Of a stretch of DNA of 64,000 nt, positions 13,908 through 27,022 are shown piece after piece. Under the pieces are notes generated by a model that did no database searches, was not told where the DNA came from, and saw only the letters and a program-made list of their open reading frames with translations. A program made the translations under genes and the position numbers. Numbering within the stretch: position 1 is the first letter of the stretch; each line of letters begins with the position of its first letter. The stretch comes from Eledone cirrhosa (lineage: Eukaryota): NCBI GenBank assembly GCA_964016885.1, contig OZ024740.1, forward strand, positions 281,170,001 through 281,234,000. The letters run 5' to 3'.

Positions 13908-14600
13908 TCTTCTTCTTCTTCTTCTTCTTCTTCTTCTTCTTCTTCTTGGGAGGGTCGTGGGAGCAGAATCATCAAACACCCCTTCCAGCGGGTCCTGTCA
14001 GAGCAACCGTCTCCAACTGATTTGACTGAATCCCCAAGCGAGACTAGCCAAGCTCATGGATATTATCCAAACGTCTTGCTCGAAGTCTTTCCTGGGGTTC
14101 CTGCCGGTTGGTTTTGCCTGTAAAATCTGTCCAGCGGTTCTTTACTGAGACGTTTTCGAAGAAGTAGCGGCTCTACCTGGAATGTTATTCTGATCTCAGA
14201 GCTACATTACTCCAAAGATCCTTCAGAGGAACCCCATTTCGGCCGCTTGTATTCGCCATCGTATTCTTTCGGTCATTAACCAAGATTCATGACCATAGGT
14301 AAGGATTGGCACGAATACTGAATTGAAGACAGCGAGTTTGGCTTTTACGCCGACCTCCCTTCTTATGATTAATGAATGCTGAACCTGGCGCATTACTGCG
14401 CCAGGTCCTGCAATTCTTGCTCTTAATTCAGCCTCCCACTTTCCATCATTCGTGAACACTGCCCCAAGATACTTTAACTTCCCTACCTGCTTTAGTGGAA
14501 ATCGATTCACATGCAGGCTTTCTTGAGAGGACGAGTGTCTCAGTTTTCACAGCACTGATTTTCGTTCCAGCCATGCAGCACTCAGCATCAAAACTATCGA
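13908..14600 (-). mobile_element. RTE-clade LINE 3' end with (GAA)n tail
   Basis: LKQVGKLKYLGAVFTNDG...KAKLAVFNSVFVPILTYGHESW..RIQAAEMGFL; (TTC)n at 13908-13946; related 3' fragment at ~45520-45670(+). Confidence 0.9.
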
Positions 14601-14629
14601 GCAGGAACTAGTGGTGGAGGCTAGATGCT

Positions 14630-14940
14630 GCCGGTTAGATAATGTTTCCTCAACAAAGTTACGTGGCTCTGGTATTGTAGAATTGGGTGGAGGATAGAAA
14701 TTCCACTATTCAGGTGAAGCGCCACAAATGACTGCACGGGCGGGAGTGGGGATGCTTACAAGACTCCGACTGTCAGAAGGTGTTATGGATTGGATCCCAT
14801 TAGGAGTGAGAATTTGCCTCTTAAAGCTAAGGCTGAAAGATAAGTCTTTATGGGTGGTGCACGTTTGTGCACCAAACAAGGAGTCCGAATACAGGTCCTT
14901 TCTTGGTGAAGTCCCTGCAGCGTCAGATATAGTCAAAAGA
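14630..14940 (+). mobile_element. RTE APE endonuclease fragment, inverted relative to the adjacent RT part
   Basis: STKLRGSGIVELGGG*KFHYSG...AGVGML...RICLLKLRLK...VVHVCAPN. Confidence 0.8.
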
Positions 14941-17900
14941 TAGAATCATTGATGCTTTCTTCTACATTCTAATTTAGGTTGCTGTAAACTACTCTATGAA
15001 TTAGTTTTTCTTGGCTTCGTATGTTTACTACTGTTATTCGTGTATAGGAAGTTCTGATGTAATGTTTTTCAGTAGTATTTTTATTCTAAAAATGTCCTCT
15101 ATTCCTGTGAGGGGGGAGGGGTCATCGTTTCAATTGGGATTTCAGTACATTTTTCTATTAACATATAATTGAATGATTTACTTTCTGATAATACATTTTA
15201 GCAACAACATATGTTTTATTGTGAATTCTTTCAAGACACTTTATGATGCAGCCTCGTTTAGATGTAAGCATCGATCGTGTAAAGATCGTTGTAACTGCAA
15301 CATTCTATTAAGCTTTGGTGTTTACCGATTCTCTTTTCATAACGCATTGACATTCGAAACTGCTTTGTGGCTTTTGTATCTCTATAGTCATGTCTTTACG
15401 TGATTATTGAAGTATTCCCATGCTTATATAAAGTGTTGATATAAGTGAATTTTTAACCTTGAAATTTGGTTAACATCTCAACAGAATAACATTCTTATTG
15501 GCATTATATTTTGAATTGTGCTTTGTTAATGTAATATTTCATGTTGTATATTGTAGTTACTGATATTAACAACGTGATGTCATGCAATGCAGAGTGATCA
15601 AACACTCATGGATATCTAATATACACTTGTCAATTATTTTGGTATCGGTTTATTGTAACAAACTTGTATTATATTCGTATATAACCCATTTTCTATTTTA
15701 CCAGCTAATCATATATTTAACTTGTGACGAATATATCTTTCCTTAAAGAATCTAATATTTTTGTTTGTAGATATAGTTGTCCAATGTTTATATAGGGTTT
15801 CATGATTTAATATCCTATTTATTGGTAAATCTGTTTTTCTCATAGGTTTATAACTTTGATAACTTCGATAGGTTTTGCCCAGGCCGTGTATAACTTAATA
15901 GCACTATGTCCAAGTTGATCTGTATTGCAATGTGATTTTTATCCATGAAATTCAATGAGTGTTAGATACGAAATGAGATTATGAAATTTTTGTGCCGAAA
16001 TATCGGTATCAATTGAAAACTGATATCGGTAGAATAAAGAAAGAACTAAGATTACTAAGCTGCTCTGTAAAGGTTTAATGTTATCTCACTTAAAACAAAT
16101 TCCAAATTATTTATTTTGTTTTGTTAAAAATGATCACTGATCAATGATAAAGTGATGGCTAATCAAATGTAAATTCTCCTTTTCTATCAGTAACGTTTCA
16201 TTTTGAACTGTGTATCGGAAGCTATCTGATAATAAACAGGGGTAGGAAGATATTCATCATTATCATAAACAATATTTTTACTTGTCTTCAAATATACAAA
16301 TATCAACGAAAGCAACATGTATTTTTAACATTATTTTTGATATGTGTGAATTGGCAGTATCGGTAGAGGGTCGGACGCCATGCTTTCTAGCATAGTTACG
16401 TCCCTTTACATTCTGAGTTCAAATCCCGCCGAGGTTAACATTGCCTTTCATCCTTACGGGGTCGATAAAATAAAGTACCAGTAATGCACTGAGTAATTGC
16501 TGGCCTTGTGCCTAAAGTAGAAACAATTATTTTTGATATGTGTGAATTGTATCAGCCGCTCCAGTGTAAGAGGAGAGTTTTTCCTTATACTAGATATTTT
16601 CTAGAAAGAGTTGGTTGTATTTACAGCCACAAAACCGTTTGTTATTGCAAAACTATGTCAAGCAGTGTATATGTAAATATATATAGCTATAGATATATGA
16701 ATGTGTAGGTGTCTATGAATGTGCATAAAGTATGTTGTTGATTTAAGAAGAATTGGTTAAATTTTACGTTTTAAATGAGTACGCCGTCCAAAAACAGATC
16801 ACCATAAGCATAGTCGATCACTATAAATAATACTTAAGAAAATCGGGTAAAGCACTCATGGAGAAGGTGCGTGGACTGATAAAATATTTCTGCGTGCGAT
16901 AAAATATTTCTTCGTCACACGTATTTTGGGGTTTGCAAGTTCGTTCAAAATTAATATATATAAATAAGGGAGATAGAGAGATGTTGCACATCCATAGCAT
17001 TCTACATTGAGAGATATATTTGGGAGTGTAGGACTGTTAGAGGGTATAATATCATATGCTGAATTGTTAATATTTTCTAACATATAGTGCCACACAAAAT
17101 GGTGGACATTGTAGATGCATTTTAAAATTTATTTTAGTGTGAAATATATTAAATGTTGATTTAAAATACCATATATAAAGTGTTAACTTTTGTTAGCATA
17201 CATAGGTAGGTATATAGGCGGATATCAATTAGAAGAAATTATTATTTAGCTTTATACCTATGATAAAGAAAGAACATTACAGCCTTGACCATCATGTAAA
17301 TCTAATAGATAATCCGTCGGTTTCGACGATGAACATTCAGTTGTTCGAGTAATTGAATAACCGGTTAGAGAATTGACGTGTAGGTAGTTGAGCATTATAC
17401 ATAAACGCGTGCATTCTTAATGTAATTTTTAGGCAGAATCAGTGTGACATAATATATAACACGTCGACATCTTTAAATTACTAGTAGGATGTACCTGACA
17501 GCCTTCTGCACAGTTTTACTTTACCTAATTTCACTTATAGAGCTTGGATCGATTCGATACTATGGTAAAGATATTTGGGTATTATTCCACACAGGGTGAG
17601 AATCGAACCTGAAACCTCAAGATTGCAGAGAGATCTTCATACCCACGCAACCATGCCTGTGTTTACTATTTACAACATGTATATTACGCACATGCAAAAG
17701 TCAATGCACATAATGTATTTATGCACTGGAAGGCATGATTATTTTGTGTCTTCGAATAGTTTGGTAGCTTGAGTAGAAATGGAAACTGAAGAAATCGTTA
17801 GAAAATATCTCAAACTCCATTATCACAACTTTGTCTTCACCCACCCATCCGAAATTAATCGTCTTGCAAGTTGGAACATATTTACCATACCAAATTATTT

Positions 17901-18589
17901 CGAGTGGTGCTCTCAATTCTATAAACTGCATTGACTTCACATTAATACATACCATAAAATCAATTATTCTGAATAAACAGTCACGCGTCCGCACACACGC
18001 ATATGTATATGTATATATATATATATTTTTTTTTTTTTCTAGCGATCGACTTTCATCAAATCGGACCGAGGAAACAATATTGCCGTTGGTCTTTCCAGTT
18101 GCTAATACTATCTATCGGTCGCAACTCCAGGTAGAAGGAGCAACGTGAAATAAAGTGTCTTGCTCAAGGACATAACGTATCGCTCGGTCCAGGAATCGAA
18201 CTCACAACCTCACGATTGTGAATCCAATTCTCTAACCACTCAGCCACACGCCTTCACTCAGCCACACGCCTTCACTATATAGATATACTTACTAATACAT
18301 ATATATCTATATCTATACATATATATATATATTATATATATATATAAATGAAAATAGAGAAATTAATGTGAGCCAACAGTATTTCATAATATATAAGTGA
18401 CTATAACGTCAAAATGGAAAATATTTAACGTAAGATATGGGAAAATAATTCAAACTCAATTAAAAAAAAATCCAGACAGAGATTTTATCCACAGATTTTG
18501 TGAAATACAGGGAAAAAAACCAATAGAGTCTTAACTCAGAATAAAATAAAGTTTAAATACTCATCCTTCAATTTGGAAAAAATACAAAT

Positions 18590-18670
18590 GCTCTATATAG
18601 TCTTAAAAGGACTATTTCACGAAACTTTTCAGTGGGATTAGTCACGGTTGGAGTCGTTCATCAGTAGAGC
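18590..18670 (-). ncRNA. Complete type I hammerhead ribozyme with full stem III
   Basis: Reverse complement: GCTCTA CTGATGA ACGA...TCGT GAAA TAGTC-CTTTTAA-GACTA TA TAGAGC; all three stems Watson-Crick paired, AUA cleavage triplet. Confidence 0.9.
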
Positions 18671-18829
18671 TCAACACGATAACCAAAAAGCCACTGCCAA
18701 AATATGGTAGAAAGGGAATTTAAAAGCAGGCTTGTTCACCTCGTGCGGAATTATGAAAATAAACACACATATACATTCATATATATATATATATACATAT
18801 ACTTACATAATATACACATACATACATAT

Positions 18830-18889
<60 letters not shown>

Positions 18890-19020
18890 GTGAGGTTTTT
18901 TTTACAAAATGAAAAATAACCGAGGTGTCCTACACGAGTGAAAGTATAAAGAAAAAGAGATGAAATCGAAAATGCAACTGGAGTCTTATTTTTTTTTTAA
19001 ATATATATATTTATTTGGTT

Positions 19021-19058
19021 CCTTTACCGGTTTCGCAGTTCTTCTGCTTTTCAAAAGG
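19021..19058 (-). ncRNA. Minimal type I hammerhead ribozyme, U3-A8 variant
   Basis: Reverse complement: CCTT TTGAAAA GCAG-AAGAA-CTGC GAAA CCGG TA AAGG. Confidence 0.8.
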
Positions 19059-19682
19059 TGAGTTGAGATGGAGGGTCTGTGGTTTTTCTCACATCTGGTT
19101 GGTCTCTGAATGTTACTTGTTTTATATGGAAAAAGTGGCTCGAAATGCCAGGTTTTTCGAGAAGTAATTTGATTGGTTTGTCAATAATTATAATAAATTT
19201 CGCGCCAGCTCGCGTTACAATAGTTCTTCAAATAAGAGGGGGGGGGGGGGGGGGTTGTCACAGGTTGTTTTTTTCATATATGAGTGTTTGAATTTCTTTT
19301 TACTTGAAAAAAGGAGTCTCACGAAGGCTTTTTTGGGGTTGGTTATAAATGAAATTATGGCTGTCGCGTGAACAAATTTTCATTAAATTTTTGTGCCCTT
19401 ATTTGGAAATCCATTCTGTAGCCTTTTTAGAGAATTGTTTGATAAAAAGATAATGGTCAAGAGAAAGGGATGGGAGAATTGTTCTGGTTCAGTGAATATG
19501 GTTAGTTCGCTGGGGTGTCAGAATTCAGATTTTCTATTGAATAAAGAAAGTAAAGATATGTGTGTTTATTTGTGTGCTTGTGTGTGTGTGTGTGTGTGTG
19601 TGTTTGAATTTCTTTACTTTAAAAAAAGGTGGCTCATATATATATATATGTATATATATATATATGCATATTTATATACACA

Positions 19683-19758
<76 letters not shown>

Positions 19759-20801
19759 TATATTCATTAGTTAAGCAAAACAATACCACAAACTTCACAA
19801 GGAAGACATTATTAAAAGATTGTCAACATATTTTAGTTTGATGTAAGGAATGTAGAGAATAATAATAATAATATTAATAATAATTGTTTCGCTACTCCAT
19901 ATAATATTTCTGGATCAGATGACTATATATCATAATTGATCTGCTTCAGTTGAAAATAATTAACATATTTAAAAAAACAGAGTGGCTCATCGGAACTCAA
20001 AGGAATATAAATTAAAATAATGTTACATAATATAATATTCCATATATTTGTTTTTACTATGGTGTCTTGGTTGCATCAGCTGTCAGCCATAATCAAGCAG
20101 TATTTATCTGTCGAGGCTGCATTGTGTGAGATCGGCCTATGGGTAACAAGATGGCTGCCAAAGGGCATATTTACCTTACTAATTAGAGGGTGGTTTCAGG
20201 GGAAGTAACTTCTCGAGAGATTAGAGATTGTGAGTATTTATAGTAAGTGCTAGTTTTTAAATTTTTTAATTGAGAGACAATGTCGGGGAGGTAACTTATA
20301 ATTATCGAGTTGTTCATAGCAATTTAACTTATTAGCTACAAGTAGAAATGGGGCTACATGACTAAGTTGGGTCAAAAACTCTATTGGCGAAGGAATTAGC
20401 CCTTCGATGTTGACAGCTAAAGGTTACCTCCGTTCTATCGTTAATCGGTAGACGTCGTGATAGAGTTATGTAATATGCTTCCGTAACACAGAGATCACAA
20501 GATTTTCTTCGTCCATTGAACGGTTGGGCCCTAGCTACGATATCCCATTTTAGTGAATGTTGAACGTTGTTTAATTTAAGGTTTTTAATGAGCCTAGCTA
20601 GCGATGTCGAACATCTGTTGCTAGGGTCTCGGAAGGAAAAAGAGTGCGCGTTATACCATACCTTAAAACGGACATTATTATTATTAAAATTATTATTATT
20701 ATTCTCTACATTCCTTACATCAAACTAGAATATGTTGACAATCTTTTAATAATGTCTTCCTTGTGAAGTTTGTGGTCTTGTTTTGCTTAACTAATGAATA
20801 T
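19759..20801. repeat. ~113-bp inverted repeats with ~815-bp spacer
   Basis: 19759-19872 is approximately the reverse complement of 20689-20801; left arm abuts (TA)n. Confidence 0.8.
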
Positions 20802-20977
20802 TTCCAGCTCTGCGCACCTAACTTCTGCATGAACCCAGCCACCTAGCTGCTTTCTACTGCATATTGCACATTGAGCACATGCCTTTACGCTTTGGCTTCT
20901 AACTAACTCACCAATTTCTCCTCTCATATCTCCTCTACTATCTCCATCTCTCTCTTTAAGATTGGTTACTCTTGAAC

Positions 20978-21037
<60 letters not shown>

Positions 21038-21175
21038 GTAGATAAATCTACCAAAAGTTTACGGTAGTGTCCAATCCGTATGAAGAACTCAATGTAATCC
21101 GGATATCATGAAAAGAGAAGATGCATTCAAAAACTACTTTCGGTGAAAAATAAACGGAAAACAGAGTCAAGATAA

Positions 21176-21558
21176 ATTAATAAAATAATGAATAAACAAA
21201 GAAACAGTTCCTTATATTAAAAAAACTCATCATTTTACGATCGTTTCTAGGATATATATGTGTTAGAGTTGGTATGCATATTCTATAGATCTATGTACAA
21301 TATTTATACAAACTATCAGAGGGAATATACATACCTACACATATATATGCTGTCTTCAGAAATAATCATCAGATTATTTCTGAAGACAGCATATATATGT
21401 GTAGGTATGTATATTCCCTCTGATAGTTTGTATAAATATTGTACATAGATCTATAAAATATGCATACCAACTCTAACACATATATATCCTAGAAACGATC
21501 GTAAAATGATGAGTTTTTTTAATATAAGGAACTGTTTCTTTGTTTATTCATTATTTTA

Positions 21559-21563
<5 letters not shown>
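21176..21563. repeat. Near-perfect palindrome (~190-bp arms, 4-bp spacer) abutting (TA)n
   Basis: 21176-21367 mirrors 21372-21563. Confidence 0.9.
21373..21510 (+). ncRNA. Type I hammerhead ribozyme with ~105-nt stem II (mirror copy 21229-21366 on -)
   Basis: ATTATTT CTGAAGA [ATATATATGTGT...ACACATATATAT; GGTATGTATATT...AATATGCATACC] GAAA CGATCG TA AAATGAT. Confidence 0.65.
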
Positions 21564-21618
<55 letters not shown>

Positions 21619-23879
21619 TATTTATATACACATGTATATTTATATATATATATTCTTATGTATATAAAATGTATGCATATTAGGCAATTATTGGACTGGG
21701 GTTAGTATTGTGCTGAAGTATCAAATATAAATAATAACAACTCTTAATTGTCTACTCTAGCAGAATGTTCTGTCAATATGTTCTCTCTCAAATCAAGAAA
21801 TTCTGGAGCTATAGTAATATATAAGAATCTAACCTTCAGTGTGAAACGTATAGAATCACTAGAATGTATCTTAAGGAATATAACGCATTTTCTTTGATAA
21901 GAAAATTCATTAAATGCACCATTCGTCTGATTGAACAGTTGATCTTATCCACTTTATTGACGACCATTTCTACTTAAATGCTTTAGGTTAAGACATTCAT
22001 ATCGGTTATTTCCACTGCGTTGAATGATAACTGATACATAATAGTCAAGTGTTCTTAATCCGTGTTTAAAAGTTGTGACCGAACAGCCTTCATATGTGTC
22101 AACACTCAATACTCTAAAATACATCTCGGCTACTACATCGATTTTGACAACCAAAAATTTGAAAAAGATAATAAACAACATTCGGCCTCCAAGACGCATG
22201 GTAGATTTTTGAGGCTTAGTTTAGGAAAAAAGTAGCGTCTTCTGACACCGGGAAATATGGTATGCTTATTTTATGGATTTCAGTATGTGCAAACGATTTT
22301 TGTTTCAAATATTGATATTTTCAGTCAGAGACATTACCAGGAGAGAATACTTTCATCCTATAATTCAATTTATTAGGTAACCAAAATATTATTAGATATG
22401 TGATAAAACAATTCCATTTTACTGTAGCAATACTTTCCAGAATAAAGAAGAATAATAGAGTGTCAGACAGTAAACAGCATTGAAGCAAAACTCAATGCTA
22501 TGAGAAGAGACAGATGATAAAGAATAGGACACTATATTACTCCCCTAATATATATTAAAAAAGTAGTTATGAAATCAGCTTGAAATGTAACATTTACTAT
22601 TTCTTAAGCTTTAGACAGTTTGTAAAGAAGTCTAATATTTCAGCAATACTATATCAATACTGCAAAATATATTTCATGTCTTTAGTATAGCGATTAAGAA
22701 TATTTCATATTTAGAATGACTTATGCTAATACATTAGTTTTCATTAAAATAAATGACGTTTACTTTCATAAGCAAGTAATATTGGGTTATATTCTTAGTC
22801 TTACTCGTTATTTGATAAATAATATATTTAAGAATGCATATTTTAGCGGAGAGATTTTGTCGAACGCAATAATTATCTATATTTCCTGAATATGAAGAAG
22901 GATATTGTTCATATCATTCGAAAACAACCATAGAAGAATATAATTTCCGTTAATTAGGCGACTTTGCTTCCCAGATTCCTGATTATCCGAATGAAAACAA
23001 ATTTCTGAATGCAAATCATCTTATTCCAGTTTCGCTGTACATTTTCTAGAAATAATAGCTAACATCACTGGCATTTGATTGAATATCATATTATAATACG
23101 GTGCCTTAAACTACAGTCTGAAGTAAAATCAAATAACTTTCTTACGGGTCATTCATATTATCATGGCGTTATATTCATAGCCATGGCTGCGTGGTTAAAA
23201 AGTTCGCTACGCAATTACGCAGCACCCTGGGAAAGTCTTCTACTATAGTAAAATTTGAAAAATGGAAAGTGCGTGGAAGCCCGTCTGAAGGACTATCCTT
23301 AGCTAAGCGTTGCTTTTAACGGAGTTCAGTCTGATAAAAGTTGTCTGCTCTCTTCCTCCCACCCGAGACCCTGAAAAGAATCCTGACTGCTCTCATTTCC
23401 CATTTGATTAATCATTTAAAAGGAAGAAATTATAATAGAAGATACATATTTCTGTACTATTTCATATGTTCTGATTGTTGAGAAAACCATTTTATAGATT
23501 ATACGAAGATATAAAGTATGACAAGGTAGTTTTGTAATTTACGTCATACTTTAATGCAATGTAACAGTTTCTATCATGCAATGTATATTTTAATGTGTTC
23601 AGTGTTTCTATTTGTTTTAGTTTCGAGTTTGCCACGAATATGGGTGTTTCTTATGTATCTGAGTTAAACCTCGATGAATTCATTGTTTGAAAATTTGAGT
23701 GATAAATCTCCACATATTACCCAGGACTTATGTGCAAAATAGCTTGGGCTACCATTTTCGTGTAAAATTTTCATTTTTTTATCTACCGTTGTTACAGTGT
23801 TTCGACTGTGTAAGTGTTTGTGTATGTGTGTATAGATGTGACGTCTGAACGAGTATCCTCCACCTTCTTACCTTTCCAC

Positions 23880-25730
23880 ATCATGATTCCGGCCAACAGG
23901 ATAGAGAATACATTGCCCCGGAGGACAACGAAGGAGACGCGTTGGGAGAGTCACTCAAACCTCTCGGGGCTGGCCATTTGCCGCCCCCTTCGACCAGCCC
24001 CTCTGGTTTGAACTGAAAATAGAAATCTGTACCCTCCAGGTCATGCTTTATGAGCTCTCTGAGCGCAGCATGCCGTGTCAGGCAGCCAGCACTGTAAAGG
24101 CATGAGAGTGGGGGGAGGCGGAAAGGATCCACAGTGGACGTGTTCAGAGGGGAGAGGAGGTTGGACGTTCACAGGGTGGAGGCCAAGCTAGTTCCATGAC
24201 GCGTAGGCAGTCTCGCGTACCCCGATCACAGTTGGTGAGGAAATGGCAAGTGGTCGAAAGGAAAGCAGGCTAGGCCAGTGAGACAGAAGACCGGAGTCTG
24301 AGAAGCCACCATAACTGACAGGTAAAGCGGCCTGTGACCATCCGGTGTTGTCAAACCAGACGTTGCATATCTCCTCAGTAGCCCGACTGATGCAGACGTC
24401 GAGATACGTGAGGAGAGATGTTTGGCTCTAGCAGGGGGAACTGCAGAAGGTGTATGAACTTCAGCATGGTGAAGAAGTTCCTCAACTGAGGACAACCTCG
24501 ATCAAGTGGTCTCGGTACAGACAATTGAAGGCGTTTCTCATGTCAAGCTTGATGATGAGATGCCTGGTGCTGGCTTGGGAGATCAAGTGTTGATGAACTG
24601 TCTAGCGGCGTGTGTAGCCGCCTCTCACCTACATTTCACGCCGATCCCCAGCTGCCTCACGCTGAATTCATCGCCTAGTTAAAGTGCAACAGACTAGCAA
24701 TGATCTTGGCTCCGAGCCCCCGTAAGACATTTCCTTCTGTGATTGGGCGTATTCCAGCGTATTCCTTCCTGAGAACGGTGAAGCGGGCTTCGGAGATGAG
24801 GGTCCAGGGCGCGGTGAATGAAGCTTTTGGTGAGGGCAAAATTGGAGCCCAGCAGGCGGCACGCGGCTTCGGTAGTGAGGGGGTACACCAACTCTTTGAG
24901 ATGGCCAGGACAGAAACCACCGGCTCCTCGTTTGCTGCTGGTAGGGAAAGACCTCAGAGCAGAGATGATGTTCCCCTAGGAGACCACGTAAAGCGCTTGC
25001 GGGTCAGATGGATGAATGGGTTTGGAGTCTACAGGTGGCTCGACATGTTTGAGCCGGAGAGTTGCCAAAACCTCCTCGGTGGGGTAGAGGATGGTGTCGT
25101 CAGAGGTAACTCCTCTGGCGGCAGCCAAGATGTCACCTTCGATAAGTTTGGCGTTTACGCGGTCGCCTAAACGCTTTCGGTTGGCATCAGGATTTGAGGA
25201 CTGCGGGAACACGAATGTGTGGAGTGTAGCCTGCGCGCATACACTGAGTATGGGCGTTTGCCCGAAAGTCGAGATGTTAGCCTTGACCAGGACCATTGTC
25301 GACAGTCTGCCTCGATCGACACAAGAGTTGGGAAAACCGAGTGCGAGTGGAGCGAAATAACACAATCGCTCACAATCACTGTGTCTATCGGAGTCGAAAG
25401 TTTTGCAGATTGAGGCCACGTGGTCATCGGCAACTGGCACCTGGGCTGTTTCCCGATTCTCTATTCAACAACGTGGGTGTTGACCTGTTATTTTTCGAGC
25501 TGAGTCACTGATTGGTATCTTGAATGTGGGTGTGGATGTGGTCACGATGCTGATGTGGTAATGGCCGCTGTTTTGCAAATGGTAAGGGCTTGATTAGTGT
25601 AGAAATATTCGAAAAAATGTCGAAATGGATGTCGTGGTGGCATATGGTCGTGGGGTGTTGATAGAAAAAAATTGAAGTGGGCAAAAAATTAATTCAAATG
25701 TCCAGTTTATCACAATTTGTCCCACTGATT
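23880..25730 (-). mobile_element. CRE-clade non-LTR retrotransposon, degenerate and internally deleted
   Basis: GIRPITEGNVLRGLGAKI, EAATHAARQF, IIKLDMRNAFN (CRE-type RT), C-terminal RHAAL..LIK..EPEGL; GC-rich island. Confidence 0.8.
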
Positions 25731-26985
25731 CTGCCTGAGAATTATGCTAAACGTACGTGTATATGTGGAATGCTCAGTCAATTTACATGTCAATTTCAGG
25801 AGCAGGCTGACTCGTTGATGGAACATCAAAACCATTCATAGTCGAAACCAACAGAAGTACATTCAATCCATCACAAAATATTCAGATATTCAAAAATTAT
25901 CCCTTGTATTTTTTTCTTTTCTTAAGAGTCTCAAAATAAATCTGGTGTTGAGTGAAACAATTCATAGCCACAATTATATACCACTGAGTAGATTATGTGA
26001 AGTTCCTACCGTTTAAATAGCTTTTACTACTCATGCTACTGCTGAAACATTGAACCATATTTTAATATTGCTGGCATCATTACGTGACCTAATATCGATT
26101 CCTGGATTACACAGATTTATCGTCTCTTGTAAATATTATTGGCAGAACGGTAGAATGTTGGCCACTATACTTCGTGGCATAGAGTTACGTCCCTTTACGT
26201 TCTGAGTTCAAATACCGCCGAGGTTAGCTTTGCCTTTCATCCTTACAGGGTCGATGAAATAAAGTACCAGTAATGCACTGGGATCGATTTACTCGACTTT
26301 TCCCTCCCACAAAATTGTTGGTCTTGTGTCTAAATTATAAACCATTGATGGACTGGCAGTATCGGTAGAGGGTCGGACGCCATGCTTTGAAGCATAGTTA
26401 CCTCCCTTTACAATCTGAGTTCAAATCCCGCTGAGGTTAACTTTGCCTTTCATCCTCACAGGGTCGATAAAATAAAGTATCAGTAATACACTGGGATAAT
26501 TGCTGGCCTTGTGCCAAGAGTTGAAACAATTATTATTATTTCTGTCATTGCTGCTGCTGTTTGTCTTGCTATTGCTGTTGTTGATGTTGTTGTAATTGAT
26601 GTAATGGCAACAATTATTTTTATCCATGATATGTCCAAACAAATCAAACTCTCGAAGAAGCTGTAGTAGTTGTTGTTTAATTCTACAAGAAAAAACCTAT
26701 GATTAATTTTGTTCCAGCCGTGATCATCCCATCATATTTTCTGGTATAGTATACTCTGGTAATGTATCCTATTTGAAGACGATAGAGTGTGAGTTAATAT
26801 TTCTTGCTGGCGAAGTGATTACGTATATATTCTTCAGTTAGCTTCTAACTATATAGGAAAAGAAGAGCAATGTCAATAGTTAAGAAAAGACATTTAATTA
26901 TATGTTCCTATCGAATTACAGTAGAATACAGTTTGTAAGCCCACATGAAGAGAGTATTGGTGGTAATGAATTTTGTAGATGACCA

Positions 26986-27022
<37 letters not shown>

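Noticed and set aside
19895-19952. Hammerhead-like CTGAAGC...GAAA on the minus strand
   Set aside because: Core and stem I too degenerate
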